From IMG/VR virus record IMGVR_UViG_3300044546_001769, positions 1 through 55,052 of that record: a stretch of DNA of 55,052 nt, one strand, 5' to 3'. Below are positions 54,420 through 55,052 of this stretch, one piece after another. The position numbers and the translations under genes were made by a program. Source of the DNA: a virus (Duplodnaviria > Caudoviricetes). Below the pieces are notes generated by a model. The model saw only the letters and a list, made by a program, of their open reading frames with translations. It ran no database searches and was not told where the DNA came from. Each line of letters opens with the position of its first letter. Position 1 is the stretch's first letter.

Positions 54420-55052
54420 TGGCTACAATGAAAAAAGAACTCGCAAAGGTTCGTTCTAAAGTAAACTTGGAACCAGTAATAGATCAAGATAATTATACAA
54501 TTAGTCTCATGCATGCAACTAACTGGTACAATACAAATAACCAGTCGTCAGAGTATAGAAGCTGGTTTGTACAGCACTTTAAAAAGCGTATTGATTTTCA
54601 GACTAGTGTACTCAGCGATTTTGAGTACAGAATAGCTGGTGTCATTGCTCGTATTCTTGCAAATGGCAATGAATTACGCCAAGTTCATCATGATCGTCTT
54701 GAATCAGAATTTCAACTTGTTCGTGCAAAAGCTTTAAAAAATACTGAAAAGTTTTTAAAGCAGCAAGAAGAATCAGAAAAGCAACAGAACAAAAAACCAG
54801 TACTGTCTGCTCAAGAGAAAATTGACGAAAAAGTCAAAGACTTTCTTGGTGAATTCAGCGGTCTTGTTGATCAATTCGCAATTGATGGAACAGTTCCAAA
54901 TACAACAGCTCTTGTTAGAACAATGAAAATTGCTGGTCCAGCAATCTCAAAAATATCAGATAAAATCCAGCGTCCAATTGCAGAATTGCAAGAAGCGCTT
55001 GAAGGAAATGACAAGCAGCTGAATGAAGGTTATAGTCAGTACAAGAAAAGCG
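54419..55052 (+). CDS. T4-like hypothetical protein, 3' truncated by the window edge
   Basis: SD aagga; open to the window end; EP...ATNWYN...QLNEGYS. Confidence 0.75.
   Translation, partial: MATMKKELAKVRSKVNLEPVIDQDNYTISLMHATNWYNTNNQSSEYRSWFVQHFKKRIDFQTSVLSDFEYRIAGVIARILANGNELRQVHHDRLESEFQLVRAKALKNTEKFLKQQEESEKQQNKKPVLSAQEKIDEKVKDFLGEFSGLVDQFAIDGTVPNTTALVRTMKIAGPAISKISDKIQRPIAELQEALEGNDKQLNEGYSQYKKS

Overview
A 55 kb piece of a T4-like myovirus genome (T4-superfamily replisome and gp55), with essentially all genes on the + strand. The host is probably a Gram-negative proteobacterium, judged from the two-component spanin and host-like genes. 1-12 kb: tail-appendage module with a collagen fibre, a tail protein, a papain-like protease/LamG chimera and large PPC-domain proteins. 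12-26 kb: late genes (membrane proteins, a periplasmic solute-binding protein, a holin-like protein, structural and internal-head proteins, embedded Rz/Rz1 spanins). 26-43 kb: T4 core (gp55, gp47, gp46, gp45, gp44, gp62, regA, hsp20, dexA, gp43, uvsX, gp40-like, gp41) plus two unusual tRNAs. 43-55 kb: accessory region (secreted hydrolase, 7TM-DISM histidine kinase, GT2, type IV pilin-like, LecA-like, RMF-like and RpoZ-like proteins, ThyX-like, dCMP deaminase, dsbA, MazG-like). The most striking items are a CAU-anticodon tRNA on a tRNA-Tyr-like long-variable-arm body, a host-envelope/signalling island, a late operon carrying an amino-acid-binding protein, a divergent promoter pair pointing into a palindrome cluster, and promoter-overlapping hairpins that bury ribosome-binding sites. 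All family calls come from motif recognition by eye; no database searches were run.
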